This document shows positions 52,568-64,000 of a stretch of DNA of 64,000 nt, piece by piece; positions within the stretch are counted from its first letter, which is position 1; the number at the start of each line of letters is the position of its first letter. The notes beneath the pieces are model-generated. The model ran no database searches. It saw nothing but the letters and a program-made list of their open reading frames with translations, and was not told where the DNA came from. A program made the position numbers and the translations under genes. The stretch comes from Felis catus (lineage: Eukaryota). The DNA is taken from positions 16,556,001-16,620,000 of the forward strand of contig NC_058369.1 in the NCBI RefSeq assembly GCF_018350175.1, given 5' to 3'.

Positions 52568-52799
52568 AGGGCGCCTGGGTGGTGCAGTCGGTTAAGCGTC
52601 CGACTTCAGCCAGGTCACGATCTCGCGGTCCGTGAGTTCGAGCCCCGCGTCAGGCTCTGGGCTGATGGCTCAGAGCCTGGAGCCTGTTTCCGATTCTGTG
52701 TCTCCCTCTCTCTCTGCCCCTCCCCCGTTCATGCTCTGTCTCTCTCTGTCCCAAAAGTAAATAAACGTTGGAAAAAAAAAAAAATTAAAAAAAAAAAAA
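52568..52799 (+). mobile_element. Very young Can-SINE with TSD aaaaatgttgattcca
   Basis: CpG-rich, identical TSD. Confidence 0.95.
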
Positions 52800-53074
52800 T
52801 GTTGATTCCAAGATGCTTTTATGTTTATACATACTATCAAAATGTGTATCCTTGCTCTAACTAGACATTAAAACAAACACTCAAATCTGGTTTACAATGC
52901 CATGAAAACAGTGATTCACAGCTGAGAAACAGCTCTGAAGAAATCAGGAGGCACTGAAATATTAGAGGCTTTATGTTCTAAGAAAAAAGAAGATAATTTA
53001 AATACAGCAGCCCTTCTACTGCCTTTATTCAAAGACCTCTAATGATGTCAAAGGTCAAGCAGATCTTTTCTCCT

Positions 53075-53250
53075 GAGGCACGTGGATGACTCAGTTGGTT
53101 AAGCATCCAACTCTTGATTTCAGCCCAAGTCACGATCTCACAGGTTTGTGAGTTCAAGCCCAACATCAGGTTCCACACTGGCAGTGCAGAGCCTGCTTGG
53201 GATTCTGTTCTCTGCTCATTCCACTCTTAAATAAACTTAAAAAAATTTAT
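53075..53250 (+). mobile_element. Older Can-SINE
   Basis: atcttttctc flanks. Confidence 0.8.
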
Positions 53251-54009
53251 AAACCCATCTTTTCTCTGACTGCATTCTCTGTGAGTTTTTTCTAGCATTT
53301 ATCAGTAATTATGATTACTCTCTCTCCTTGGCTTCTTTCAAGTTACCTTCCACCCCTGACCAGTCTTTCCTCAGTTATTTAGTATCTTCAGTAGAGAAGA
53401 AACAGGTACAATATACAGAGAGAATGTCATGATATTTAACACTAACTAGCAGATTTGTTCCAAAGACCTCCTCATCCTATGTATATCGGACAATGTCCCT
53501 GTTCAACGGGAATGAATACTCTATTCGCGAACATCTACACAGTTTCGAACTAAAAATTTATGAAACCAGCACTACCATTAGCATATGGAAATTAAAGGAG
53601 TAGGAAAATATGGGAAACCTGAAAACATCCAGTCTAGGGTATTTTACCAAAGCAGGGTTCTTGTGAGGAGCTTAAGAAAGCTTTAAGAAACAGTTTTATT
53701 TTCTTCCTTTACTCCTTTTACATATTTAAAAGACTTTTTCAATCATAAACACATGTAATCTGTATATATTTAAAGAAAAAGGTACTCATCTTTCATGATA
53801 CTTAAATATGCTTTCCATAAAAAACTTACTGTTTAAAGGAAACACTAAATATGGCAGAAAATAAAGTGAACCTTTTATTGCATTATGTACAAAAAAGTTA
53901 CAGGAATTAGGTAGAAAGCAACATTTACTCATTCAATAAATGTTTATTAATTGTTTTTAATCCCTACCTCAATCATCTCAGATACTCTCTTCCCCTCTTA
54001 CTCCAAGGT

Positions 54010-54219
54010 TTATCTATTTAATTATTATTATTTTTGAATTTTAGAGAGAGAGAAAAAGAGAGCACAAGGAGGGGAGAGGAAGAGAAGGAGAGAGAGACTC
54101 CCAACCAGGCTCCACACTCAGTACAGAGCCCAATACAGGGCTCAATCCCACGACGCTGGGATCATGACCTGAGCCAAAATCAAGAGTCAGACAATCGACT
54201 GAGCCACCCAGGCACCCCC
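54010..54219 (-). mobile_element. Can-SINE
   Basis: Reverse-complement head and T-rich tail. Confidence 0.85.
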
Positions 54220-54619
54220 TCTCCAACTCAGTTTTATATAAACTAACTAATCAATTCTGTCCCAAATCCTTACAGTTTCATAGTGATTCTGGGGGTCTAC
54301 AGCAAACACTGGTAACTGCTTGGAATTAAAGGAAAAGTAACTGTCATACAAAGAAGGACCTATCTGGTCCAAATGTCACAAATGACAAAACACTCTTCAT
54401 ATACAGAGACAGAGGAGGTTTTTTTTTGTTTTCTTTTTTTAATTTCCTAAAAGAAATGGGGAAAAAAATTTTTTTTAAACTAGTTACCAGGTGGTCATTC
54501 TACACAATAAACATTATTAAACTTCAGTATAATAGACACGTTATTTTCCTTCCTACAAAGTAGCTAACCAACTTCAACAACACAAAAAGGAAATGAAAGA
54601 TGATTACAACATAACTTAC

Positions 54620-54748
54620 GAAGGAAGGTCTTTCGCAGCTCTCAAGCCCCAGCCTTTCTTTTCTGTGAGTATGACTTCCACATCTGCATGCTGTTTTCTC
54701 TGAAACCGTCTATTGGAACAATAATCCCCATTCGGACACCGAGAAGAA
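54620..54748 (-). CDS. SETD2: SETD2 exon 5, 129 nt ([43 protein letters not shown]), end of AWS and start of SET
   Basis: Acceptor TTTCAG|, donor TC|GTAAGT; KGWGL SET motif. Confidence 0.97.
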
Positions 54749-55328
54749 CTGAAATGAGAAACAGAGAAAATCAATTCTTCAAAGCAGAATCTCTAATGAC
54801 AAATAGGATGTGGATTAACAAACAAACAAACAAAAAAACGAGATATCACAGAGCTTGCCCATGTGCAGAAATAGGAAACAAGGCCCACCTGAGGAAAGGA
54901 GAATAAAACAGCTGAGGATGACTGACAAGAAAGGTGGATTGCTGGAAGATGGAAAGGCAGGTTGTTGATATACGATGAAGAGCTCTGCATACCAGGCTAA
55001 ATTTGAACCTAATCCTGACAACTACTAGAAGTTTAAGTGTGAGAAACATGAGAAGAAAGATATCCTGTACTTCCTATCTCTTTAGCAAGGCTGGCAGGAA
55101 AGTCAGAAGAACGCAGAGACCAGAGCTACACTGTCAACTTAGGAGAACAGGGCTAAGTCTCACGTCTCCTCTTCTTACATGCGTAATGTCATCTCTACTT
55201 TCAATTTAGATAAAGGAATTGCCAAAAATGCTTTCTCTTTAATTTTCTGAGGTATAGGTTTTGTTCTCATAATACTTGAACATGAGCAAAACCAAAATCT
55301 GGGCCTTGAGAGAAAACAGTTCAGCAAC

Positions 55329-56825
<1,497 letters not shown>

Positions 56826-56911
56826 AGAAAACCATTCATCAACACTGAAAACAAGGTATCTACACTATAAATCACCTTAATATTCTTTCCATGTTAAAAA
56901 ATAAGGATACT

Positions 56912-57385
56912 GGGGCACCTGGATGGCTCAGTTGGTTAAGCGCCCAACTCCTGGGTTGGACTCAGATCATGATCTCACGGTTCGTGGGATTGAGCCCTGT
57001 GTCAGGCTCTACACACTGACAGCTCAGAGCCTGTTTGGGATTCTCTCTTTCCCTCTCTCTGCCCCTCCCCCGACTCGCATGCTCGCTCGCTCTCTCTCTC
57101 TCAAAACAAATAAACATTAAACAAAATATTAAGGAAACAAATTTTTCATAAAATTGGCAAAAAATTTTAATCACACAATTTTCAATGTAAAGATGTTTAC
57201 TGTTTATAAGAAAAATGCAAAAGCAGGGGCACCTGGGTGGCTCAGTCAGTTAAGTGTCCAACTTTGGCTCAGGTCATGATCTCACGGTTCACGAGTTCAA
57301 GCCCCGCATCAGGCTCTGTGCTGACAGCTCAGAGCCTGGAACCTGCTCCGGATTCTGTGTCTCCCTCTCTCTCTGCCCCTCTCCT

Positions 57386-57420
<35 letters not shown>

Positions 57421-57455
57421 AATAAACATTCAAAAAAAATTTTTTTAAAAAGAAA
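56912..57455 (+). mobile_element. Two Can-SINEs (about 56912-57130 and 57226-57455)
   Basis: Heads, (CT)n, A tails. Confidence 0.9.
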
Positions 57456-57697
57456 GAAAAATACAGAAGCAAATATCTATCTTTGAAAATTAATAATTAT
57501 GAGTTAACTATAAATAGACTATATAAAGCAGCCAAGGGAAAGATTTAGCTAAGTCTGCACGTGTAGCACTGAACAGGTCTCCAAAATTTATTTAATTAAG
57601 AGTGTATGAGAGTGTGTGAGAGTGTGTGAGAACATGAGTGTTTGGGCCAAGGTGAGGGAATAAAACTCAAAAAAGTACATATAGAAAGATTTCATTT

Positions 57698-57925
57698 CTT
57701 TTTTTTTTTTTAATTTTTTTTCCAACGTTTATTTATTTTTGGGACAGAGAGAGACAGAGCATGAACGGGCGAGGGGCAGAGAGAGAGGGAGACACAGAAA
57801 CGGAAACAGGCTCCAGGCTCCGAGCCATCAGCCCAGAGCCCGACGCGGGGCTCGAACTCACGGACCGCGAGATCGTGACCTGGCTGAAGTCGGACGTTTA
57901 ACCGACTGCGCCACCCAGGCGCCCC
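57698..57925 (-). mobile_element. Very young Can-SINE with TSD gaaagatttcatttct
   Basis: All CpGs appear intact, identical TSD. Confidence 0.95.
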
Positions 57926-58353
57926 GAAAGATTTCATTTCTATACATAAAATGAGGAAATATTTTGGTATAGGCATAAAAATTATCTGAAAAGACTACAA
58001 ACAGAGGGACTGAGGTTTGGAAGTGGAAGACATTTTACTTTATACCCTTTTGAAATGCTAGGGTTTTATCTTATTTGATAGTAAAAGCTAAAAAAGACCA
58101 ACATTTGCCTCTCAGGACAAACATAAGAAACAAAAGGTTAAGGGCTACTTTACAGAGCACTTAAAATGTATACTATAATGAATAATGCAAGGGAAATTTG
58201 TCTCCTTATAAATGCTATTATACATTGGAGATTTTATTGCTTATAAATAATACTAGGTAAAGGAAGAAAGGTTAAATTTTATTCATTACTAATTCTTAAT
58301 ATTTTGGGACATTTAACAGAATGAGCAAAATCAGAGCATTTCAATTTACTTAC

Positions 58354-58485
58354 CATTCAATCATGAGGAGTCGATTAAGACAATCTTCCCCACATGCTAT
58401 TTCACCTTGCGCTCTTTCATCTTTAGAAAGAGGTGCACACTCACACTGCATTCGCTTAATATCCCGATGTGATTTATTCTTCTTT
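58354..58485 (-). CDS. SETD2: SETD2 exon 4, 132 nt (KKNKSHRDIKRMQCECAPLSKDERAQGEIACGEDCLNRLLMIEC), AWS domain
   Basis: Manual translation; acceptor AATAG|, donor TG|GTAAGT; phase 2-2 fits neighbouring exons. Confidence 0.97.
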
Positions 58486-58903
58486 CTATTAGATAAAATT
58501 TTATAAGAATTGGTTTAAGAAATCTCCTGGTAATGATACAATGTACACAATCAAATGTGTGCTAAATCTCATTAGTTTCATATTTAATGATTCTGGTTAA
58601 GTTAAACATTCAAAAGGAAGAAAACATCTAATCACTAGCAATTGTGAAACTGAAAACACTAAGAATTATGTTACACAAACAAGAGGCAACCTGAGCCCTG
58701 GCAAGTGGGAAGATAAGAGTTCAAGTCTATCATTTTGGACTGAGCCCTCATTTCTCAGTCCAAGTCAATTAAACCTCAAATTCTGAGCAATTTCAAGGGT
58801 CAACTGTCCTACTGGGCTCAGGAAAAATAAAACACAGGAAAATTCATGAGGATCAGAAAGTAACACAGCTGATGAAAGTGAAGTTTAAGAATGAGTCCTC
58901 CTG

Positions 58904-59588
58904 GAGGTACCTGGGTGGCTCAGTCAGTTAAGCGTCCAACTCTTTTTTTTTTTTTAATTTTTTTTTTAACATTTTACTTATTTTTGAGACAGAGAGAGAG
59001 AGAGCATGAACAGGGGAAGGTCAGAGAAAGAGGGAGACACAGAATCTGAAACAGGCTCCAGGCTCTGAGCTGTCAGCACAGAGCCAGACGTGGGGCTCGA
59101 ACCCACGGACCGCGAGATCATGACCTGAGCCAAAGTCGGACACTTAACCGACTGAGCCACCCAGGCGCCCCTTAAGCGTCCAACTCTTGATTTTGACTCA
59201 GGTTATGATCTCACAGTCATGAGATTGAGCCCCGATCAACACAGAGCCTGCCTGGGATTCTCTCTCTCTCCCTCTCTCTCTCTCCCCTCCCCTACTCTCT
59301 CACTCTCTCAAAGTAAACAAACAAAACATATAAGAATTAGTCCTCCTGTGGGGCGCCTGGGTGGCGCAGTCGGTTAAGCATCCGACTTCAGCCAGGTCAT
59401 GATCTCGCGGTGCGTGAGTTCGAGCCCCGCGTCAGGCTCTGGGCTGATGGCTCAGAGCCTGGAGCCTGTTTCCGATTCTGTGTCTCCCTCTCTCTCTGCC
59501 CCTCCCCCGTTCATGCTCTGTCTCTCTCTGTCCCAAAAATAAATAAACGTTGAAAAAAAAAATTTGAAAAAAAAAAAAAAAAAAAAAG
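58904..59588. mobile_element. Three-SINE cluster: older plus-strand SINE (58904-59330) with a nested minus-strand SINE (58945-59171), followed by a very young plus-strand SINE (59349-59588)
   Basis: Nested TSD ttaagcgtccaactctt; outer site aagaat(g/t)agtcctcctg present three times. Confidence 0.92.
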
Positions 59589-60564
59589 AATTAGTCCTCC
59601 TGGATGGACAAATAATGGTTGAGACACAGCAAAGAAAGAAAGGCAGAGGAAGAAAAGGAGTTGCTAAAAAAAATGAATTTAAAAATAGGTAATTTTTAAT
59701 TAAGAGTTTAACTCAATCTTTCAGAGAGAATCTTTCAGTAACATTGTATTTCTAAAAATCTTGTTTAAAAGAAAACTGAATAAGAAAAGAATGAAGTATA
59801 ATTTATAGAACTGTATTACAGAATAATCAGGTATTACAGAATAATCAGAGGACTAAACTTTCCCAACAGACTAACTGATTTGGGAGTAAAAGGGGAAACT
59901 GTTCAAAATGGGTTAGGTTCATAAATACCTATGCCAGAGTTTGCAAAGAAAAAGTGAAAATGTGATTATTTCCTGGCCTTTGTGTTGAACTTTCTTTTGT
60001 TAAAAAAAAAATCAGAAATGAAGAAGATCTCCTTAAGATTAGGGCAGTCTGACTTACTCTCCAACTATCAGACAGTGAAGAACACCGCTGTTCTATGTGG
60101 CTGTCTTAATCTCCTAACTAATCTGCTTTCATCTTCAACATATGTTCAATGTTTATAAAGTACCTGAAGAGTGTCTTGATGGTTTCAACTACCTATGAGT
60201 AAAACAAGAATGACTCAGCTGGTTCAAGATATAATTCATTAATGAGTATATGAATATTCTCAGCCTGAAGAAATCAGGACTGAAGACAAACAAAATATGT
60301 TTACAAGTACTTTAAGAATTGTAATTTTGAAGAATCAGCAGTAGCTTTATTTTGTATTGCTCCATAAGGTCAGATAAGGACTCATGGCCACAGATTCAGG
60401 TAACCCTATTTTCATTAGACCTAAGAAAAATTTTTTCACCATCTTCAATACTATTTTTCAGTAATTAGTTTTCTTGGTGACTCCGAAAGGCCCAGCATAT
60501 AACAATAGGCTCTTTAAAAATGTTCCCACTCTAAAAAGGCTCTCCAATGTTTCCACCAACTAGA

Positions 60565-60772
60565 TTTTTTTTTTTAATGTTTATTTTTATTTTTGAGAGA
60601 GACAGAGCACAAGCGGGGGAAGGCAGAGACACAGGGAGACACAGAATCTGAAGCTGGCTCCAGGTTCTGAGCTGTCAGCACTGACCCCAATGTGGGGCTC
60701 AAACTCACAAACTGTGAGATCATGACCTGAGCTGAAGTCGGACACTTAACCGCTGAACCACCCAGGTGCCCC
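60565..60772 (-). mobile_element. Can-SINE
   Basis: tccaccaa..agat flanks. Confidence 0.9.
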
Positions 60773-61911
60773 CTCCACCAAGCCAGATCTATAATGCATA
60801 TATGCAGGTGGTAGATTTATCTGGATCTCAGTGCTGAGTAAATCCCAGAGGGTTGGGTTGATTAGTTTTACTTCTATTCTTTTACAAAGACCCTGGAAGC
60901 TGCATCAATGTACTCACACAATTCCTAAAAACTACTACTTAAAAGATTCAATATTTTAAATTTAAACCTAATTTACTAGATAGAAGAGGCTCTCTATATC
61001 ATAAAAAGGTTTTTGTTAAAAATATGAAAAACTTCTCATGAGACCTAATTTTACCTTAACCAGTGAAAAAATTTCATTAAACAAAAAAATTTTTAACGCT
61101 TAAAGGGATGATGGTTAAGCAGATTTTCAAATAGAGGAGAAATTTCCAAAAGGAAAATGGATGTAAGACAGATTTTTTTCCAAAAGGCATATTTCACATA
61201 TATTCATACTAGAAAAATAAAGAAACTGTCGAGGAAGGGTGAAAGAAAGCAGACTGAGCAGCTCTGTTTTGAAGGAGTCTGTCTTCCATTACTCCTATTC
61301 TCATTATCCCCTTGTTTCAGGTTAGGGGTCTGTAGGAAACCACTATACCACTTATTTCTAAAATACTGGTTATGCTATTGCCAAATGTAATCAATTAGCA
61401 ACAGACTAAAAAATAATGAACAGAAAATGATGTTCTAATGTGGTTCCCGCTTTATAAAGCATCCCGCTTTATAAAGCATCCTTCAAAGATACTTCATTAT
61501 GAACATTTTTCAAAAGGAAAAAAATCCAGCACAACTACTTTTTTCTTAAGACCAGACTGTTTTGCTGGGACTTTATTTTGTGTTTCATCAGTTTCACATG
61601 TAAAAGGAACTTAAAAATAGGGCTGGCCTAAATCATACTTTCAGAACCAAAAAGATAATGAGACCAAAAAAAAAAAAAAATTTTTTTTTTTAGACATCCC
61701 CTTCCTGTGGGGGGTGGAGGAAGGGATACTGAGGGAAGGATTCTGCCATCAAATTTAAATAGGTGAATAGGCTTTTTAGACTTTTTAACTTATATCCTAT
61801 TATGCAACTGTATTTCATACAATTGACCTCAATATGTTCTGAACTGTTGAAAGCTAACTTTTTCAACAAAAAGACATTAAAATTTGTTGGACAAGCATTA
61901 ATTAAGCTTAC

Positions 61912-64000
61912 CTTTCTGTTAAATAAACATTTTCTTCAATCAGATCAAAGTAACAGGGCATCTTCCCTTGCTTGGCACATTCTTTCCATCGCTGTGGGTC
62001 CCTGAAATCCTCCATGACACAGGAAGGCCCAACCAGTGCTGAGCCTGGGGGCAATGCCGTTTCTCCCTGCTCTACTGCCACTCGAACTTTCTTTCTGTCC
62101 TGAAGTTCACCATCGCTTTCAGAATCACTCTCCAATTCCGGTCTCCTTTTTTTAGGAGGTCCTCTATCTTTCATATCATTTTTTTCTAAGTTTTTTGAAA
62201 GATCTTTCTTTTCATTCACAGCTAAAGAGTCCTTAATGGAATTGCTGCTTATTTCAGGTGCCTGCACGGACCCCTTGTCCTTCTGAAGAGATAGAAAAAA
62301 TTTACTGGACTGGCTTGAAAAGTGAGACCCTGCACATTGATCCCAACTGTCCTCCTCTTCACGGTCATCTGTTAAGGAATCTGGTACCTGCCCTTGAATT
62401 CGATCATACACAACCCCTGTTCCAGGAGGTCTACCTGCTGATCTTGGATCCCAGTAGCCGTTACCTTGCCAGTAATTACGTGTCCCACCATAATGTTCTG
62501 CACTTTGCTGATACTTGTGTCCACCACAGGCTCCATAGCTGCTGTCAGGTTGCTGATATGTGGTAGTAGGCTTTTCTTGTTGAGAGAATTCCCACCCTAG
62601 GTTCCTGAGCTCTTCTGATGAGCGGAAGCCATCCACTCGGGAGATCTCACAAGAGGAAGAAAAACTCAACTCTGTTTTTCCCAGTCTACTATCTGGCCTG
62701 TTAGGGAAAATGGTTTGTTGCCGAGACTTATTCGGGATGTCTTCAAAATCGTCAGAAGAATAAACTGGCAGCTCTTCTTGCTGCCTAGAGGCTATTTTGG
62801 CTTTTGCTGTTTCCTCAGAATTTGGATGACCTAGAAAGTCAGATTTCACATCTGTATGACTTGTACTATCAACCCCGTCACTCTGAGGATGAACAATTTC
62901 AGACAGGTGGTTATCTATCTGTTTTCTGCTGGGGTGTGTAAAAGAAATTTCCGGATTCTTCTCTGTTCCTTTATGATGGAAGAACTTCTCAGTCTGAGAA
63001 CAGGGTTTACTTGCTACACTGTCATATTTTTCCTCATATGAATGTCTCCTCGACTCCAATCTCTCATCTTCCCAGTGGTCAGAATAGTGTCTGTAACTTT
63101 GACTACTCCGAGAAGAACACGGACTGGTTTCTTCCGTGGGCAAAGTAGAATTCTTTGGGACTACCACAACAGACTGAAGACGGTTTCTTGGAAAACTGCT
63201 ATCATCAGAATCTGTATCTTCAGAGTCACTTTCATCACTTGAGCTTTCAGAAGAACCAGAATAATCTTCATGGACAGTGGATACGATCTCTGAGGCGTGA
63301 CCACTACTGTCACATTTTAAGGTATATGTTATGCCATCACTGTCCTCCATGGTTAAATTCAAGTCACAAGAAGAAAATACAACTTCTGAGTCATCAGAAG
63401 TATGAGCATGTCCTCTCCCTCCTTCTTCATCTAAAGAGATTTCTGACCTTCCTCTTCTCTCAAGCACTATGGAACTCCCTTCTTCTTGAGCCTCTTGCAC
63501 ACATTTCCCAGAGAGCCCATTATTATGCCTGTTTTCCCAAGAGGCAAATCCCCTTCCTGAATCAGGAAGGTCGCTACCTACTTCTATGATGGTTTCTTTC
63601 TCTGCATGCTTTACAAACTCTGTGCTTTTACTCTTCAGCACAGCATCCAAAACTGGAGATGCGTTCTCTCCACATTGTAAGAGAGTTAAACTGTCCACTT
63701 TTACTCCTGGTGGCAGACTCTGAAGAGATGAAGCAACGCCTGAACTCTCTATCGGTTGATATATGTCATCAAAATGATTAACAGAAGCTGAACTGGTGCT
63801 ACCAACGCTCTGCTTATATTCTTCACGTGCAAATTTTGAGTGCTGATCTGTCAGATTTCTATTATCGCATATAACTGTTTTTGATTTCAAATGCACATTC
63901 ATAAAGCTATTTGAAGAAATCTTCATAACCGAAGGCTCAATCTTTTCAGCTTCAGAATGACGCAAAGAAGGGTTGTTGTCATTTGAAGTACAGTATAGAT
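61912..64000 (-). CDS. SETD2: SETD2 exon 3 (3' part; continues beyond the window), ending ...KMPCYFDLIEENVYLTER at the start of the AWS region
   Basis: Open frame of more than 685 codons with recognisable SETD2 sequence; donor AG|GTAAGC at 61912/61911. Confidence 0.98.

Overview
Mammalian genomic DNA, almost certainly a felid: about 43 tRNA-derived Can-SINEs of the cat SINEC_Fc type. The whole window lies inside SETD2 (H3K36 trimethyltransferase) on the minus strand. It runs from within the large exon 3 (truncated at 64000) through exon 15 (numbering by analogy to human). All 13 exons have GT-AG borders and splice into one uninterrupted frame covering AWS, SET, post-SET and the downstream regions. 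The introns hold two processed pseudogenes antisense to SETD2 (PIGC in intron 4, SCP2 in intron 12), a 5'-truncated carnivore L1, older L1/MLT1/MER/MIR/L2 remnants and microsatellites. I see no RNA gene, CRISPR array or novel protein-coding system. The best unexplained signal is a SINE-free block of about 3.6 kb in intron 12. It contains candidate stop-codon (poison) exons, a CpG-retaining element that folds into a three-way junction preferentially on the SETD2 sense strand, and an E-box/ETS/CCAAT cluster. Other items of note are a palindromic fused SINE and repeated use of the same insertion sites. These are hypotheses from sequence alone; repeat family names and boundaries are approximate.
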